Source: Microcystaceae cyanobacterium (GTDB lineage Bacteria > Cyanobacteriota > Cyanobacteriia > Cyanobacteriales > Microcystaceae). From it: DNA of 36,639 nt. Positions 8,382 to 19,278 of the stretch are shown in pieces. The stretch is taken from positions 1 to 36,639 of the forward strand of contig JBGTGT010000092.1 of the NCBI GenBank assembly GCA_041746575.1, read 5' to 3'. Made by a program: the position numbers and the translations under genes. Below the pieces are notes generated by a model. The model saw only the letters and a list, made by a program, of their open reading frames with translations. It made no database searches and was not told where the DNA came from. The first letter of the stretch is position 1. Each line of letters opens with the position of its first letter.

Positions 8382-9137
8382 ATGAAAACCGATATAAACA
8401 AAGAGATTTCTACCATCGGACTAGGGATTACCTTAGTGCTAGGAATAACAATTGGTGCAGAAGCGGCGGTTATTCCGGCTTATACGGTTAGTAACATTAC
8501 CAGTAATCCTATTACCACAAATCGTAGCACTGCCGTTCGTTTCCAAGTCACAACGGACCTTACGGTTAGAGGAATCGGCGTTTATGTTCGAGGAGTTGAT
8601 AATGGTGGATCTCTTTCCCTACCGGGGGGATCAGTGATTAATGGTATCAGCCGCCAAGTTGCCCTTTGGAGTGATTTAGGGGGGGCTCCCATATTACAAA
8701 GATTCATCGGTAATTCGGACGGACTGTTAGATACTGAGGGGAATTTCCGTTATGTTGATGTGACTCCCTTTACCCTGCCGGCAGGAATTTATCGCTTAGG
8801 TAGTCTGACGAACTCTGGGGTTAATGGCGATAATGCGACGTTCTCAGAGGCGAATGTTCTTTTTGCCAATGAATTAACGGTAACGCCGACGATCATTCCT
8901 CAAAACACAATTAACTTGCCACCAAATGATCGAGTGAATTCTTATACCATTAGTGGGGGATCTTTAACGTTTCCTACCACTGAGACCACCAGTAGTTATC
9001 TCATCTCAGCCAATTTACTTTTTGATGATCCCTTAGACGCCGGGGGAGGCAACCCTGATACACCTGAACCTAATTTAATCGGCGGATTACTTCTCTTAGG
9101 CTGTTTAGGTGGACTACGCAAACGCAAAGAAGATTGA
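8382..9137 (+). CDS. PEP-CTERM sorting-domain surface protein
   Basis: N-terminal signal peptide ending AEA; Ser/Thr/Gly/Asn-rich body; C-terminal TPEP, hydrophobic helix, RKRK. Confidence 0.88.
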   Translation: MKTDINKEISTIGLGITLVLGITIGAEAAVIPAYTVSNITSNPITTNRSTAVRFQVTTDLTVRGIGVYVRGVDNGGSLSLPGGSVINGISRQVALWSDLGGAPILQRFIGNSDGLLDTEGNFRYVDVTPFTLPAGIYRLGSLTNSGVNGDNATFSEANVLFANELTVTPTIIPQNTINLPPNDRVNSYTISGGSLTFPTTETTSSYLISANLLFDDPLDAGGGNPDTPEPNLIGGLLLLGCLGGLRKRKED

Positions 9138-9286
9138 CTTTTAAGACACTATGCTTATAGGGATTAAACTGAGTGATTGCCGAGGCTTTTCATTTTTATT
9201 CTGCGCTCAGCGATCAAATAATACCGTTACCCAAAGGCAGGGAACAAGGAGATTGTTTCCCCTTTTTGATGGGCAAAATAATGCTT

Positions 9287-11062
9287 TTATTCTTTGTCTA
9301 AATGACGAAACCAAATAAAATAAAGGGCAATGGATAATAACCAAAATCCTAAGCCTAAAATCTTTACATTTTCCCAATTCTTCATCATGAACATCATCCC
9401 TAAAAGAAAGAGGGATAATTGCCAAGGCACGGCAATGAGCGTTGCCAAAATATCTCGTCTGTGTTCTTTCGTTAATCCTTTACCGTATTTTCCCCAAAAA
9501 CCAAACGGTTGCGTAATATTATAAAAGTTTGCTACCACTTGTGAATCCGTCGGGGCAGTGGTATAAGTTCCGATCATACACCCCATTAAAGAACAAAAAG
9601 CGGGAATAAAGAATAAAATATATTCTTGGATTTGTAGATTGTTGATTGCCGGTAGAATAACGGCTTTTGTGGCGATCGCTGAGATCATACCCGCTAATGT
9701 TCCTACTGCAAAACCATACCCATTAAATCGCCACCAATACCACCGTAATAACAAAGGAATCCCTAATCCGACTCCTAATCCTAACGATAACCATCCCCAA
9801 ATTTCATTAATATTGGTCAAATTAAAACTCAATAACAAACCTACAATCACAATTAGCACAGACGCTAAACGACTTTGAAAAACTAAGGTTCTCTCAGAAG
9901 CATCGGGAACCAGATAAGCTTGGTAAATATCCTTTGTCCAATAGGCAGCACTAGCGTTAATAATCGATGAAAAGGTGGACATTGCCGCAGCCATAAAACA
10001 AGCCACTAATAGGCCTTTAAGTCCAATAGGAATGTAATGGTTAATGACGGTGGGTAAAATCAATTCTGGGTCAGTAATGGGTGAATTTTGGCTTAAACCA
10101 TAATGAATTCCCAAAAGAGCAAAAGCCGCAATCAACGGCCAGCGAAAGGACATCATCAAAATCCAAAATAGAGATAATAATCCAGCATCCCGTTCACTTC
10201 TGGCCGCAAAATAACGTTGCGCCATGTATCCCCCCGCACCACTACACCCTTCAATCACGGTTTTTAGTAAATAGAAAAGAACGACTCCACCAAACAGATT
10301 AAAGATTCCATAATCTCCCGGTATATCTATTTTAAAAGGGGGGAAAAGTTGACTCCAATCTGCAAAATTCCATTCCTTTATAATATAATCTTGACCGTTA
10401 GGTAACGCCACGGAAAAAGTATCAGGTAAGGTTACAGTCGTCCAAGCTAAACTACAAATATAAATAACGGCTAAAAGAATCAATCCCCCTTGAAACACAT
10501 CTGTCCAAATTACTCCCTTAAAACCACTCGCTACCGTATAAGTTGCCGCTAGAACGACTAAAATAATAGAGGCCAAGCGATCGCTAATTCCCATTAATTC
10601 CCCCAAGAATTTTCCGCCGCCAATGGAAAAATAACTCATCGCCCCGATAGAAAAGACGATATTAGCAACTGCACTAATAATACGGGCTAAATTGCCTTCT
10701 TTTCCAGTGCCAAAACGAAAACGCATCCATTCTGCTGTCGTCATCACCTGCGATCGTCTCGTCCATTTGCCCATAAATGTCATCAAAAAAGCCATAATTA
10801 GGACAATTCCGCCGCGAATTTCAATAAAAAAGCCCTGTGTTCCCAACGCATAGACAAGGGAGGCGATAATCATTGTACCTGCAATATCGACATTGGAGGC
10901 CATGCCCGATGCCCCTAATGCCCACCAAGGGAAGTCTCCGAGATGAAAATTGTCTAAATCTTCTTCTTTGTTATCTTTTCGGTTAAGCCAGAGCGGAATT
11001 AACCCAATCAGTAGGGTTAGCATAAGATACAAGAAAACGATGAGATAATCGAGCGGGTGCAT
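9287..11062 (-). CDS. Sodium:solute symporter (SSS) family transporter
   Basis: About 14 hydrophobic segments; PWW..GAS..AS, T..EW...RFG, QRYFAARSE and AAAMSTFSS.IN motifs. Confidence 0.9.
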   Translation of the reverse strand: MHPLDYLIVFLYLMLTLLIGLIPLWLNRKDNKEEDLDNFHLGDFPWWALGASGMASNVDIAGTMIIASLVYALGTQGFFIEIRGGIVLIMAFLMTFMGKWTRRSQVMTTAEWMRFRFGTGKEGNLARIISAVANIVFSIGAMSYFSIGGGKFLGELMGISDRLASIILVVLAATYTVASGFKGVIWTDVFQGGLILLAVIYICSLAWTTVTLPDTFSVALPNGQDYIIKEWNFADWSQLFPPFKIDIPGDYGIFNLFGGVVLFYLLKTVIEGCSGAGGYMAQRYFAARSERDAGLLSLFWILMMSFRWPLIAAFALLGIHYGLSQNSPITDPELILPTVINHYIPIGLKGLLVACFMAAAMSTFSSIINASAAYWTKDIYQAYLVPDASERTLVFQSRLASVLIVIVGLLLSFNLTNINEIWGWLSLGLGVGLGIPLLLRWYWWRFNGYGFAVGTLAGMISAIATKAVILPAINNLQIQEYILFFIPAFCSLMGCMIGTYTTAPTDSQVVANFYNITQPFGFWGKYGKGLTKEHRRDILATLIAVPWQLSLFLLGMMFMMKNWENVKILGLGFWLLSIALYFIWFRHLDKE

Positions 11063-11232
11063 TGGTTTTAAAGGAGAGGGGAGTTAACCCCCTAGGCTAC
11101 CATTATTCGTGAACCCTTGCCAATGCTTAGACGAAACAATTGAATTTTGTGGCGATGAACGTCTAATTTCTTTAAAGGTTAAACCTGTCTTAGATTAAAG
11201 GATATAAGATGCGGTTTTAGATTCACCTATTT

Positions 11233-12762
11233 CTATCTAAATACCGATAAATCAAGGGCATCAAATCTTTGAAAAAAGGATAATAAACGAGTAGTAATCT
11301 GGGAAATGCCTCCTGTCGTATTCGATTCGATATTGAGGGGAATCACCGGATCATGTAAAGACAAACGCAGGAGAAACCATCCGTTTTCTTCAGAAGAAGA
11401 ACAGGCGACCCGTATTCCTTCATAATTCTGGGGGACAATTGACCAATCTTCTTGCTCTTGGCTAAATTTTTCTAATCTTTCAATCACTTGATTCCCGTAT
11501 TTTTTAAAGTCAGGATCTTGGATTTTTAAACGAAATTCTTGACTTTCAACAGGTTCTTTTAAATTTGCAATTAAATCGCTTAGGTCTTGATTTTTTAATT
11601 TTAAATTAGCTAATTCAATTAATAATTTTGTGACCAAGTAAGCTCCATCATCTAAAAAGTAATTTTCTTGCATTGCACCATGGCCGGAGGTTTCAATGGC
11701 TAACCAAGAATCTTGTCCGGCTTGATTCAAGCGAATTGCTTCATTGATTACATTTTTGTAACCTCGTTTAAAGCGGTGATGAATACCTTTTAAACCTTCT
11801 TCAATAAATCGAGTCAGACCATCTGAGGTAATAGAATCCGTCACAATGGTTGAGTGGGGATGTTCCTTTAAAACAATTGCGGAAATTAAGGCAATTAGAC
11901 GATTACGATTCAATTCTTTACCGTTTTGATCGACTGCCGCCCCTCGATCAACATCGGTATCAAAAATGATCCCAAAATCTGCTTTATTTGCTTTAACTGC
12001 TTGACAAATGGCCGCCATCGCTTCTTCATTTTCTGGGTTTGGAATATGATTGGGAAACATCCCATCGGGTTCGAGAAATTGACTACCTGTCGTATCTGCT
12101 CCTAGCGGTTTTAATACTTTATCGACATAAAATCCTCCTGCTCCATTCCCTGCATCGACAACAATTTTTAAGCCTTTTAAAGGGGTGATAAAATGCTCAG
12201 GGTGATTGACTTTATCTTGAATAATCTTGACTAACCGTTCGGCATAAATCGACATAAAATCTTGGGTTTTAATCTCACCCCTCATTGCAGAGAGTTTGAA
12301 TTGATTCGCTTCAGCTAAGTCTAAAATAACGGTAATATCTTCTTTTTCTAATCCCCCTTGAACGGTAAAAAATTTCAAGCCATTGCGATTGAAAGGTAAA
12401 TGACTCGCCGTTAACATAATTGCCCCATCCATTTCAATGTTAGGGGTTACTGTACTCATAAACATCGCAGGGGTCGATGCCATGGCAAAATCAAAAACGT
12501 GGCTACCTAAACAAGTCATGCCAGACATCACCGCTTGACTTAAAACGTCTCCTGATAAACGACTATCTCTGCCAACAGCAATTTTTAAGTGTTCAAGGGG
12601 TTTATGCACTTTTTGTGCCAACCAAGTCGCAAAAGCTTGTCCTAAAAGGGTTACTCTTTCAGGGGTTAAATTAATCAATTCATCAGACATTCCCTCAAGG
12701 GCAACCCCACGAATATCTGAACCATTTTGTAATTGTTTCCAGTTAAAATTTGTCATAATCAA
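11233..12762 (-). CDS. Phosphomannomutase/phosphoglucomutase (alpha-D-phosphohexomutase)
   Basis: TASH catalytic loop, FDTDVDR metal loop, ETSGH sugar-binding motif. Confidence 0.93.
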   Translation of the reverse strand: MIMTNFNWKQLQNGSDIRGVALEGMSDELINLTPERVTLLGQAFATWLAQKVHKPLEHLKIAVGRDSRLSGDVLSQAVMSGMTCLGSHVFDFAMASTPAMFMSTVTPNIEMDGAIMLTASHLPFNRNGLKFFTVQGGLEKEDITVILDLAEANQFKLSAMRGEIKTQDFMSIYAERLVKIIQDKVNHPEHFITPLKGLKIVVDAGNGAGGFYVDKVLKPLGADTTGSQFLEPDGMFPNHIPNPENEEAMAAICQAVKANKADFGIIFDTDVDRGAAVDQNGKELNRNRLIALISAIVLKEHPHSTIVTDSITSDGLTRFIEEGLKGIHHRFKRGYKNVINEAIRLNQAGQDSWLAIETSGHGAMQENYFLDDGAYLVTKLLIELANLKLKNQDLSDLIANLKEPVESQEFRLKIQDPDFKKYGNQVIERLEKFSQEQEDWSIVPQNYEGIRVACSSSEENGWFLLRLSLHDPVIPLNIESNTTGGISQITTRLLSFFQRFDALDLSVFR

Positions 12763-12769
12763 TTAGAAA

Positions 12770-13081
12770 CTAAGGGTATTCTCCTTGCCAATCAGGACAA
12801 TTTTCGTCTTCTTGCCATCCGTAGGGATGAAAACCACAAATGAGACGGTGGCGGGACTCTTTAGTTTGACCGTAAGCTTTACCATGATAATAACAACAGC
12901 CCACGCAGGTAGCGGGACGGCCAGATTCGGTCGCAGCAAACCCCAATTGCGCTCGCAAAATATGACATCGGGCTTGATAGCGTTGCCATCGTTTGTGCAG
13001 CGATCGCTGTCTTAATAAATTAGCTGTCAATCTGGTGGGAACGGGAGGAGATAAAGCCGTGTCGGATAATTCCAGAGACAT
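12770..13081 (-). CDS. Small Cys-rich cyanobacterial hypothetical protein (possible metal-binding C-terminus)
   Basis: CVGCCYYHG...ICGFHPYG...CPDW motif; ends 8 nt upstream of the PMM/PGM gene on the same strand. Confidence 0.75.
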   Translation of the reverse strand: MSLELSDTALSPPVPTRLTANLLRQRSLHKRWQRYQARCHILRAQLGFAATESGRPATCVGCCYYHGKAYGQTKESRHRLICGFHPYGWQEDENCPDWQGEYP

Positions 13082-13277
13082 AGCAGTTAAAGAACGTCCA
13101 CTTTTCTGTTATAAAACTGATTATAGTTTACTGCTTAATCCCCAAATCTCCCGACGTTGACCTAATTTTATTCTTTTTTCTTTCTTGAATGAGCGATTTG
13201 AGGATGAACACAAGCCTTTGACTTCAAAGCAGAGAATACTTTAGAATTTAAAAGCAAAAATCCAAATCTAAACTTTT

Positions 13278-14195
13278 ATGACCGCTTTGACCCATCTTTC
13301 CCTCTCTGTACCTGCGACAACTGCTAATATTGGTCCCGGTTTTGATTGTCTGGGCGCGGCTTTAAGTCTCGCGAATGGCTTTCATTTTCGCTTAATTGAA
13401 GACGGAATGACCATTTCAGTTCAAGGAAAAGAAGCCAATAAGGTCATTCAGGGCAAAGAAAATTTACTGTATCATTCTTTTGCCTACTTTTATCAGAAAA
13501 TGGGTCAAAATCCGCCCCCTATTGCCATTGAAATTGAATTAGGTGTTCCCTTAGCAAGGGGTTTAGGCAGTTCAGCCACCGCCATTGTCGGAGGAGTCGT
13601 TGCCGCTAATGAATTCGCCGGAAAACCGTTAAATCAAACCGAAATCATGGAATTGGTCATTGAATTAGAAGGTCATCCCGATAATGTCGTTCCCGCTCTG
13701 ATGGGAGGCTGTCAATTATGTGTCGGTGAGGCGGGAAACTGGCAAATCTGTGAAATTCCATGGCATTCTGAGATTATTCCTGTAGTAGCCATTCCTGACT
13801 TTGAATTATCCACCGAAGCGGCGCGATCGGTTTTACCGCTTCAATATCCGCGTAGCGATGCTATCTTTAATGCCGCTCGTTTGGGGTTACTCTTACAAGG
13901 ATTAAGCCAAGCTCATGCCGAATGGTTATTTATGGCAATGAAAGATAAAATTCATCAACCCTATCGTCAAGGATTAATTCAAGGATATCAAGTCGTACAA
14001 AAGGCGGCTTTGGACGCAGGGGCTTATGGGATGGTGATTAGTGGAGCAGGTCCGACCTTATTAGCGTTAACAACTTCTTATTGCGTTAATGGCGTAGTTT
14101 CTGCTATGAAAACAGCCTGGGAAAGGGAGGGCATTCAGTCTGACGTTCAAGCGTTAGCGATAGACACCCTAGGCGTTCAGTTTTTGTCAAGGTAG
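13278..14195 (+). CDS. thrB: Homoserine kinase
   Basis: VPATTANIGPGFD, PLARGLGSSA, EGHPDN and ISGAGPT GHMP motifs. Confidence 0.97.
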   Translation: MTALTHLSLSVPATTANIGPGFDCLGAALSLANGFHFRLIEDGMTISVQGKEANKVIQGKENLLYHSFAYFYQKMGQNPPPIAIEIELGVPLARGLGSSATAIVGGVVAANEFAGKPLNQTEIMELVIELEGHPDNVVPALMGGCQLCVGEAGNWQICEIPWHSEIIPVVAIPDFELSTEAARSVLPLQYPRSDAIFNAARLGLLLQGLSQAHAEWLFMAMKDKIHQPYRQGLIQGYQVVQKAALDAGAYGMVISGAGPTLLALTTSYCVNGVVSAMKTAWEREGIQSDVQALAIDTLGVQFLSR

Positions 14196-14241
14196 GCTAT
14201 ATTTTTACCTCTAAGTGTATAGTGCGGTCAAAGTTCGTTAT

Positions 14242-14274
14242 AAAAAGTCAGGGCATCGTCCAAGAATACCCCAC
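14242..14274 (-). terminator. Probable terminator of sigA
   Basis: Minus-strand stem GGGTATT...GATGCCC (with G-U pairs) followed by TGACTTTTT, between convergent thrB and sigA. Confidence 0.5.
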
Positions 14275-14296
14275 TTTCTAAGGCTTTGAAGGGAAT

Positions 14297-15409
14297 TTAA
14301 CGGATATATTCCTTCAGAATGCTATTCCGATTGGGATGACGCAACTTCCGTAAGGCTTTTGCCTCAATTTGACGAATTCGTTCCCGTGTTACATTGAAAA
14401 TTTGACCAATTTCCTCTAGGGTTTTCATCCGTCCGTCGTCAAGCCCGTAACGTAACCGTAATACATCCCGTTCTCGCGGGCTGAGGGTATCCAAGACATT
14501 TTCCAAGTCTTCCCGTAAGAGATTTTTGGAAACCTCATCTTCTGGCGTTTCACCGTCAGCCTCAATAAAATCCCCCAAACGGGAATCTTCTTCTTTCCCA
14601 ATGGGGGTTTCTAACGATATGGGTAATTGAGCAGATTTCGCAATAAATCGCAGTTTTTCGATGGTCATCTCCATGTGAGTGGCGATCTCTTCTTCCGTCG
14701 GCTTACGACGTAAATCTTGAGAGAGAATCTTGGTGGTTTTTTTTATGCGGGAGATGGTTTCATAAAGATGAACCGGTAGACGAATGGTACGCGATTGATC
14801 AGCGATCGCTCGGGTAATCGCTTGACGAATCCACCAAGTGGCGTAAGTAGAGAATTTATAACCTTTTTCGTGATCAAACTTTTCAGCTGCGCGAATTAAG
14901 CCGAGAGAACCTTCTTGGATCAAATCTTGGAACGATAATCCCCGATTCATATATTTTTTGGCAATGGAGACAACCAAGCGCAGATTAGACTGTACCATTT
15001 TATCTTTGGCTTTGCGCCCATGGTAAAGGCGGCGTTTGAAGGCCGGTAAAGCCATATTAACGGTTTCCGCCCACTCTTGGTCGGTCGGAAAACGACCGTT
15101 GTGTTCTTTCCACTTCTCATAAATTCGCTCTAAATCTAATAAATCTGCAATTTTACGAGCTAATTCAATTTCTTCTTCTGCACGCAAAAGGCGAATTCTG
15201 CCAATTTCTTGCAAATAAATGCGAATTGAATCCTCAGTGTAGGTTTTTTTCTTAGGATCACGACGGCGAGTGGCAGTGATTTTATGGGACTTAGAATCGC
15301 TAACTTCGTCATCAATGGGATCTTCGATGGCCTCCTCCGGCACAAAATCTAAATCGTCCATCTCGAATGATTCGTTAATTTGAGGCTTAGTAAGGGTTTC
15401 CTGCGTCAT
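14297..15409 (-). CDS. sigA: Principal (group 1) RNA polymerase sigma factor SigA/RpoD
   Basis: [42 protein letters not shown] and [12 protein letters not shown] 15409 has a GAGGA RBS. Confidence 0.95.
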   Translation of the reverse strand: MTQETLTKPQINESFEMDDLDFVPEEAIEDPIDDEVSDSKSHKITATRRRDPKKKTYTEDSIRIYLQEIGRIRLLRAEEEIELARKIADLLDLERIYEKWKEHNGRFPTDQEWAETVNMALPAFKRRLYHGRKAKDKMVQSNLRLVVSIAKKYMNRGLSFQDLIQEGSLGLIRAAEKFDHEKGYKFSTYATWWIRQAITRAIADQSRTIRLPVHLYETISRIKKTTKILSQDLRRKPTEEEIATHMEMTIEKLRFIAKSAQLPISLETPIGKEEDSRLGDFIEADGETPEDEVSKNLLREDLENVLDTLSPRERDVLRLRYGLDDGRMKTLEEIGQIFNVTRERIRQIEAKALRKLRHPNRNSILKEYIR

Positions 15410-15999
15410 GCCGTTTTCCTCTTGCTCCTTCAGTGCAAAACTAGACGTAAATGTTAATTTAAGATGGGGTTTTGAAATCCGTACCGAAAATGCCAAACTA
15501 AATTAAATTTGTTCAGTTTTCCGGTTACTCATTCAAATAGCCTATGTTAGGGATGATCCCTGCCGAGAAAGGGTCGCTTAAGACGTTGATTCTTCTCAAG
15601 GATGGGATACGATCCGAAAGACCTATCTGATTGTAGCTTCAATGACAAAAAGTTGGGAGTCTTTTTTGCTTAAATGGCCAGTAAGTGATGCTATTTTCCC
15701 AAAAAAGGGATGGGACAATATAGCGTTACTAAAAGCATCCCAGCGAAAATCAGTCGCCTGAATTCTACTTTTTATGCTTCTCTGCTTATACCTTAGCAAA
15801 CTCTCCTTAAGGTGAGACTTATTTGTCGAGAACTTTCCGCCAAAATATCAATTTTTGATGATGGTTGGATAAAGTCATTGCGGTTTGCTCCTTGTTTTTG
15901 GGGGTCTTTATCAGAAAATCAGGAAAATTAACAGCTTTTTACGATGACTCTATGCCAATCTTAGGGAAGATCACTGCGATTTTCGTCACCTAACTCCTG

Positions 16000-16770
16000 T
16001 TATTTTTCAATCAAGAGGCGTTGGGTAATCAGTCGCAACCCATCAGGTTGAACCAATAGGGCAGATAACCAGTGACTTTCTGGGGTGTTGGGAGCGGTTG
16101 CCCGTTTAAATATTCCCCCTGACTGAAGTAACTGCAATTCAAATTGACTCGGTGCTAAATAAGAATCGGCTTGAGCAATTTCTTCAATGGCTGTTCCCGC
16201 TAACAGATTATCCCCTAAAGGTTCTCGTAAAATTACATCAAAATCGAAGGTTTGACCCACTTTGATGGTGTCAGGAAGATTGATTTCGACGTTCGGCGGC
16301 GTTTCACCCGTGGTAATATCTGTGCGTTCTTGAGAAATTTCTTGGCGAATCAGTTGCCCATCTTGAAAATACTGGCGAGAGGTGAGGGTGGACTCTAAGG
16401 TCATTTCTCTTCCTTTGATGGTATTGCTGCCTTTAATCGTGGTCACCGTATCAGCAATCCATTGATTATCCTTTTGTTCCCATGCGGTCAAATTAATCGT
16501 GTAATTTAAGTTAGGATAGCGTTCCCACAGTTGACTGAGTCCTTGTTTGACAGTATCGTAAGTTACCCCATCGTCGGTAACAAAGTTAGGACTATAAAAA
16601 TCCAACACTTGCTCTAGATTTTGTTGATTAGCGGCGGCTTCTATACGGTCAATTAGACTGCTCAGGGAACTCGGAGCATTACTGGGCGTTGCTGCTTGGC
16701 TTGGGGCAGTTAAAGTCAAAGATAACCCCATTGCGCAGACGAGAAAAGCAAAATTGCGTGTTAACGTCAT
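16000..16770 (-). CDS. Conserved exported cyanobacterial protein with an NTF2-like N-terminal domain
   Basis: Signal peptide (…SQA); AAN…YSPNF..DG…LW.RYP.L.Y pattern; C-terminal GG.FK motif. Confidence 0.7.
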   Translation of the reverse strand: MTLTRNFAFLVCAMGLSLTLTAPSQAATPSNAPSSLSSLIDRIEAAANQQNLEQVLDFYSPNFVTDDGVTYDTVKQGLSQLWERYPNLNYTINLTAWEQKDNQWIADTVTTIKGSNTIKGREMTLESTLTSRQYFQDGQLIRQEISQERTDITTGETPPNVEINLPDTIKVGQTFDFDVILREPLGDNLLAGTAIEEIAQADSYLAPSQFELQLLQSGGIFKRATAPNTPESHWLSALLVQPDGLRLITQRLLIEK

Positions 16771-16908
16771 TAGATTCTGATAAAGATCAATGATTTTAAT
16801 GGTATCTCATGAGGACGTGTCAAGCTCTCATTTTAGCGAAAAGTTTAGGAGTCGGTAAAACGAAAAAAGCACCTGAATAAAAAAACAAAAACAGAATTCA
16901 AGAAAAGC

Positions 16909-17910
16909 TTAATAATCGCTTCGATAACCATCAATGGACGGCTGAAAGTAAGGAGCAGGTCGTCCGTTAATCGTCTGGGGTGAATTCGGCGCAGTTTCAA
17001 CATTGCCCGTCCGATAGGGATTATTATAAGGCTTGTTAATGGGTGGAACGATATAGTTTTGACCGGATGCCCCTTCATAGAGATTGGACGGCGTAGAGGG
17101 GTTATTGGCGGGGGGTTGATAACTCGTCTGGGGGGGAATGGGTTGAGTGGCGTAAGGAGAAGTTGGGTTAGGGCTTAAATTTTCTTGAAAATAAGGATTA
17201 TTCACATTATTGCGAGGCACTTGGGGATTGAGGGGTGAAGTGATGCCTCTCGATTGAATCGGTTGACGGGGATTGAAGGCTTCAGCAGGTGGTGTAATAG
17301 GAGAAGAAGAAGACGTATTAAGATTGCGTCTCACTGCTTTTTGTAATTCACTTTCGCCGTTGGGATTAACTTCAAATTCAGGTAAGGAACTGGGGTTAAC
17401 GGGATTGGCAGAAGGGGGATTATTTCCTTGTCCTTTGTTATTACTGGGGACAAGCGGTAAAAATAAATTAGGCAGAGAAATCCCCGATCGGTTATTGGGT
17501 TGAGTGTTATCGGCCGTTGTCGGATTGAGAGACGGAGCGTTATTAGTCTCTTGATTAAAATTGGGAAGCGGAGTCCGCTGAAGAGGCGGAACCTGAGTAA
17601 ATGAATCTAAATTATTTCCATTGTCTAGATTTTGCCCCGATAGGTCAGAATCATCGTAAATGCCCGGTTCTTCAAATTGATTGGTCTGCGGTAGCGTATT
17701 TCCTGAGGTTCCCGATAACCATTCAGGATGTTGTTGATATTGCCAAACCGTATATAAAACTGCCGCTAAAACCAGTGGAGGTCCCCAAACCATAAAATTT
17801 AAAAATCGTTTGAGAGAGGCTAATTTATAGCGTATTGATGAAGATGATTGGGGATGATTAGAAGATTTCATTCGTCTGCCTCGAATGGACTTAGAGGGTA
17901 ATCGTAACAT
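16909..17910 (-). CDS. Membrane-anchored Pro/Asn/Ser-rich low-complexity hypothetical protein
   Basis: Basic N-terminus, one TM helix (VWGPPLVLAAVLYTVW), W.Y..HPEWL motif, long disordered-looking tail; start uncertain. Confidence 0.7.
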   Translation of the reverse strand: MLRLPSKSIRGRRMKSSNHPQSSSSIRYKLASLKRFLNFMVWGPPLVLAAVLYTVWQYQQHPEWLSGTSGNTLPQTNQFEEPGIYDDSDLSGQNLDNGNNLDSFTQVPPLQRTPLPNFNQETNNAPSLNPTTADNTQPNNRSGISLPNLFLPLVPSNNKGQGNNPPSANPVNPSSLPEFEVNPNGESELQKAVRRNLNTSSSSPITPPAEAFNPRQPIQSRGITSPLNPQVPRNNVNNPYFQENLSPNPTSPYATQPIPPQTSYQPPANNPSTPSNLYEGASGQNYIVPPINKPYNNPYRTGNVETAPNSPQTINGRPAPYFQPSIDGYRSDY

Positions 17911-18015
17911 CTATATCCCTATCAGTCTATCTCAGTTTTTTGATTCCCTCATCTTTCTTTTTTAGGAACAGTCAAGTCAGGAAGGGGGTAATAGGGAAAA
18001 TTCACGGATAACGGC

Positions 18016-19182
18016 TTAGCGAAGATAAGTCGATTGAATTAATAATAATCCACCGGCCGCTAACCCTAAAATATTGGGTAACCATGCCGCCAGAAAAGGT
18101 GTCAAAATCCCCCAAATTCCCATAGAACTGGTTAAAAATGACAACAAATAATAAGAAAAAATTAAACCCACACAGATACCAAAGCTCGTCGCTTTATTCG
18201 TATTTTGGGGTCGAATACCGATTGCCGCTCCCACAATGCCAAATACCAAACAGACAAAGGGAAGGGCGTATTTTTCCTGAATCCGTACTTTTAGCTTGCG
18301 AATTCTTTTCTCGTCACTACTCATCTTAACGATATTCAGATATTCTTGGGCTTGACGAATACTCATTTCCCCGTAATCTCGTCCTCTTTGGGCTAAATCA
18401 AGGGGAGCTTTCGGTAAATCTAGTTGTTGATGTTGAAAACGAACAATATTACGATAAGAGCCATCAGGAGCAATTAAATAAATCGTCCCGTTGAAGAAAT
18501 CCCACGCATTTTTCTCAATATTCCAAGTGGCCGCTTGAGAGGTCACAATTTGGTTGACACCATCCTGCGATCGGTCTAGGATAGTCAATCGTTGCATTTC
18601 AGTGCCATTAAATTCTTCAGCATAAAAAAGACGGGTTAAGACCGTTTGTTCACTGCCATCTTCTTGCTTAATTTGTCCATATTCTGGATAAATAATATTG
18701 CGGTCTTTGAAATTAGGACGCTCTTGGTTAACAGCTTTCTCTAAGGTGATAGAAGCTTGGTACGTCGCCGCCGGCGCAACGGTATCGTTAAAAAAGAAAG
18801 CCAATCCCGTCACCGCTAAACTAAATAATATCCCCGGAATGACCAGACGATATAATCCCACCCCGATACTTTGCAGGGCAATCAATTCGCTATCACTGGA
18901 TAAACGACTATAAGCCATTAAAGCGGCAAGTAACATCGCCATAGGAAATGCCAACACAATGAAACTGGGCATTTTTAGTAAAAATACCTGAAGGGCTACC
19001 CCAAGCAACAGGCCAGACTCAGTCACCCGTCGCACTAAATCAAATAAGGTGCCAATGGAAAGCCCCAAAGAGGTAAAAATCCCCATGCCAAAGACAAATG
19101 GCAAAAATAATTCTCCAAACAGATAACGATCTACTAAGGATAAGTTAGGAAAAGAGAGATTAGGTAAGAATTTTAGGTTCAT
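18016..19182 (-). CDS. LPS export ABC permease LptF/LptG family (Ycf84-like)
   Basis: DRYL..E, RLSSDSELIAL...G and AAWLPN motifs; downstream of lptB. Confidence 0.92.
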   Translation of the reverse strand: MNLKFLPNLSFPNLSLVDRYLFGELFLPFVFGMGIFTSLGLSIGTLFDLVRRVTESGLLLGVALQVFLLKMPSFIVLAFPMAMLLAALMAYSRLSSDSELIALQSIGVGLYRLVIPGILFSLAVTGLAFFFNDTVAPAATYQASITLEKAVNQERPNFKDRNIIYPEYGQIKQEDGSEQTVLTRLFYAEEFNGTEMQRLTILDRSQDGVNQIVTSQAATWNIEKNAWDFFNGTIYLIAPDGSYRNIVRFQHQQLDLPKAPLDLAQRGRDYGEMSIRQAQEYLNIVKMSSDEKRIRKLKVRIQEKYALPFVCLVFGIVGAAIGIRPQNTNKATSFGICVGLIFSYYLLSFLTSSMGIWGILTPFLAAWLPNILGLAAGGLLLIQSTYLR

Positions 19183-19278
19183 AGATGCTTTTCAAGCTCT
19201 AAAAATGAGGAATAAAGTTTTATAGGGGGTTTTGAAAGATATGCGCTCTCCTGATTGGGTTACCTAAGGGGGAAGATC

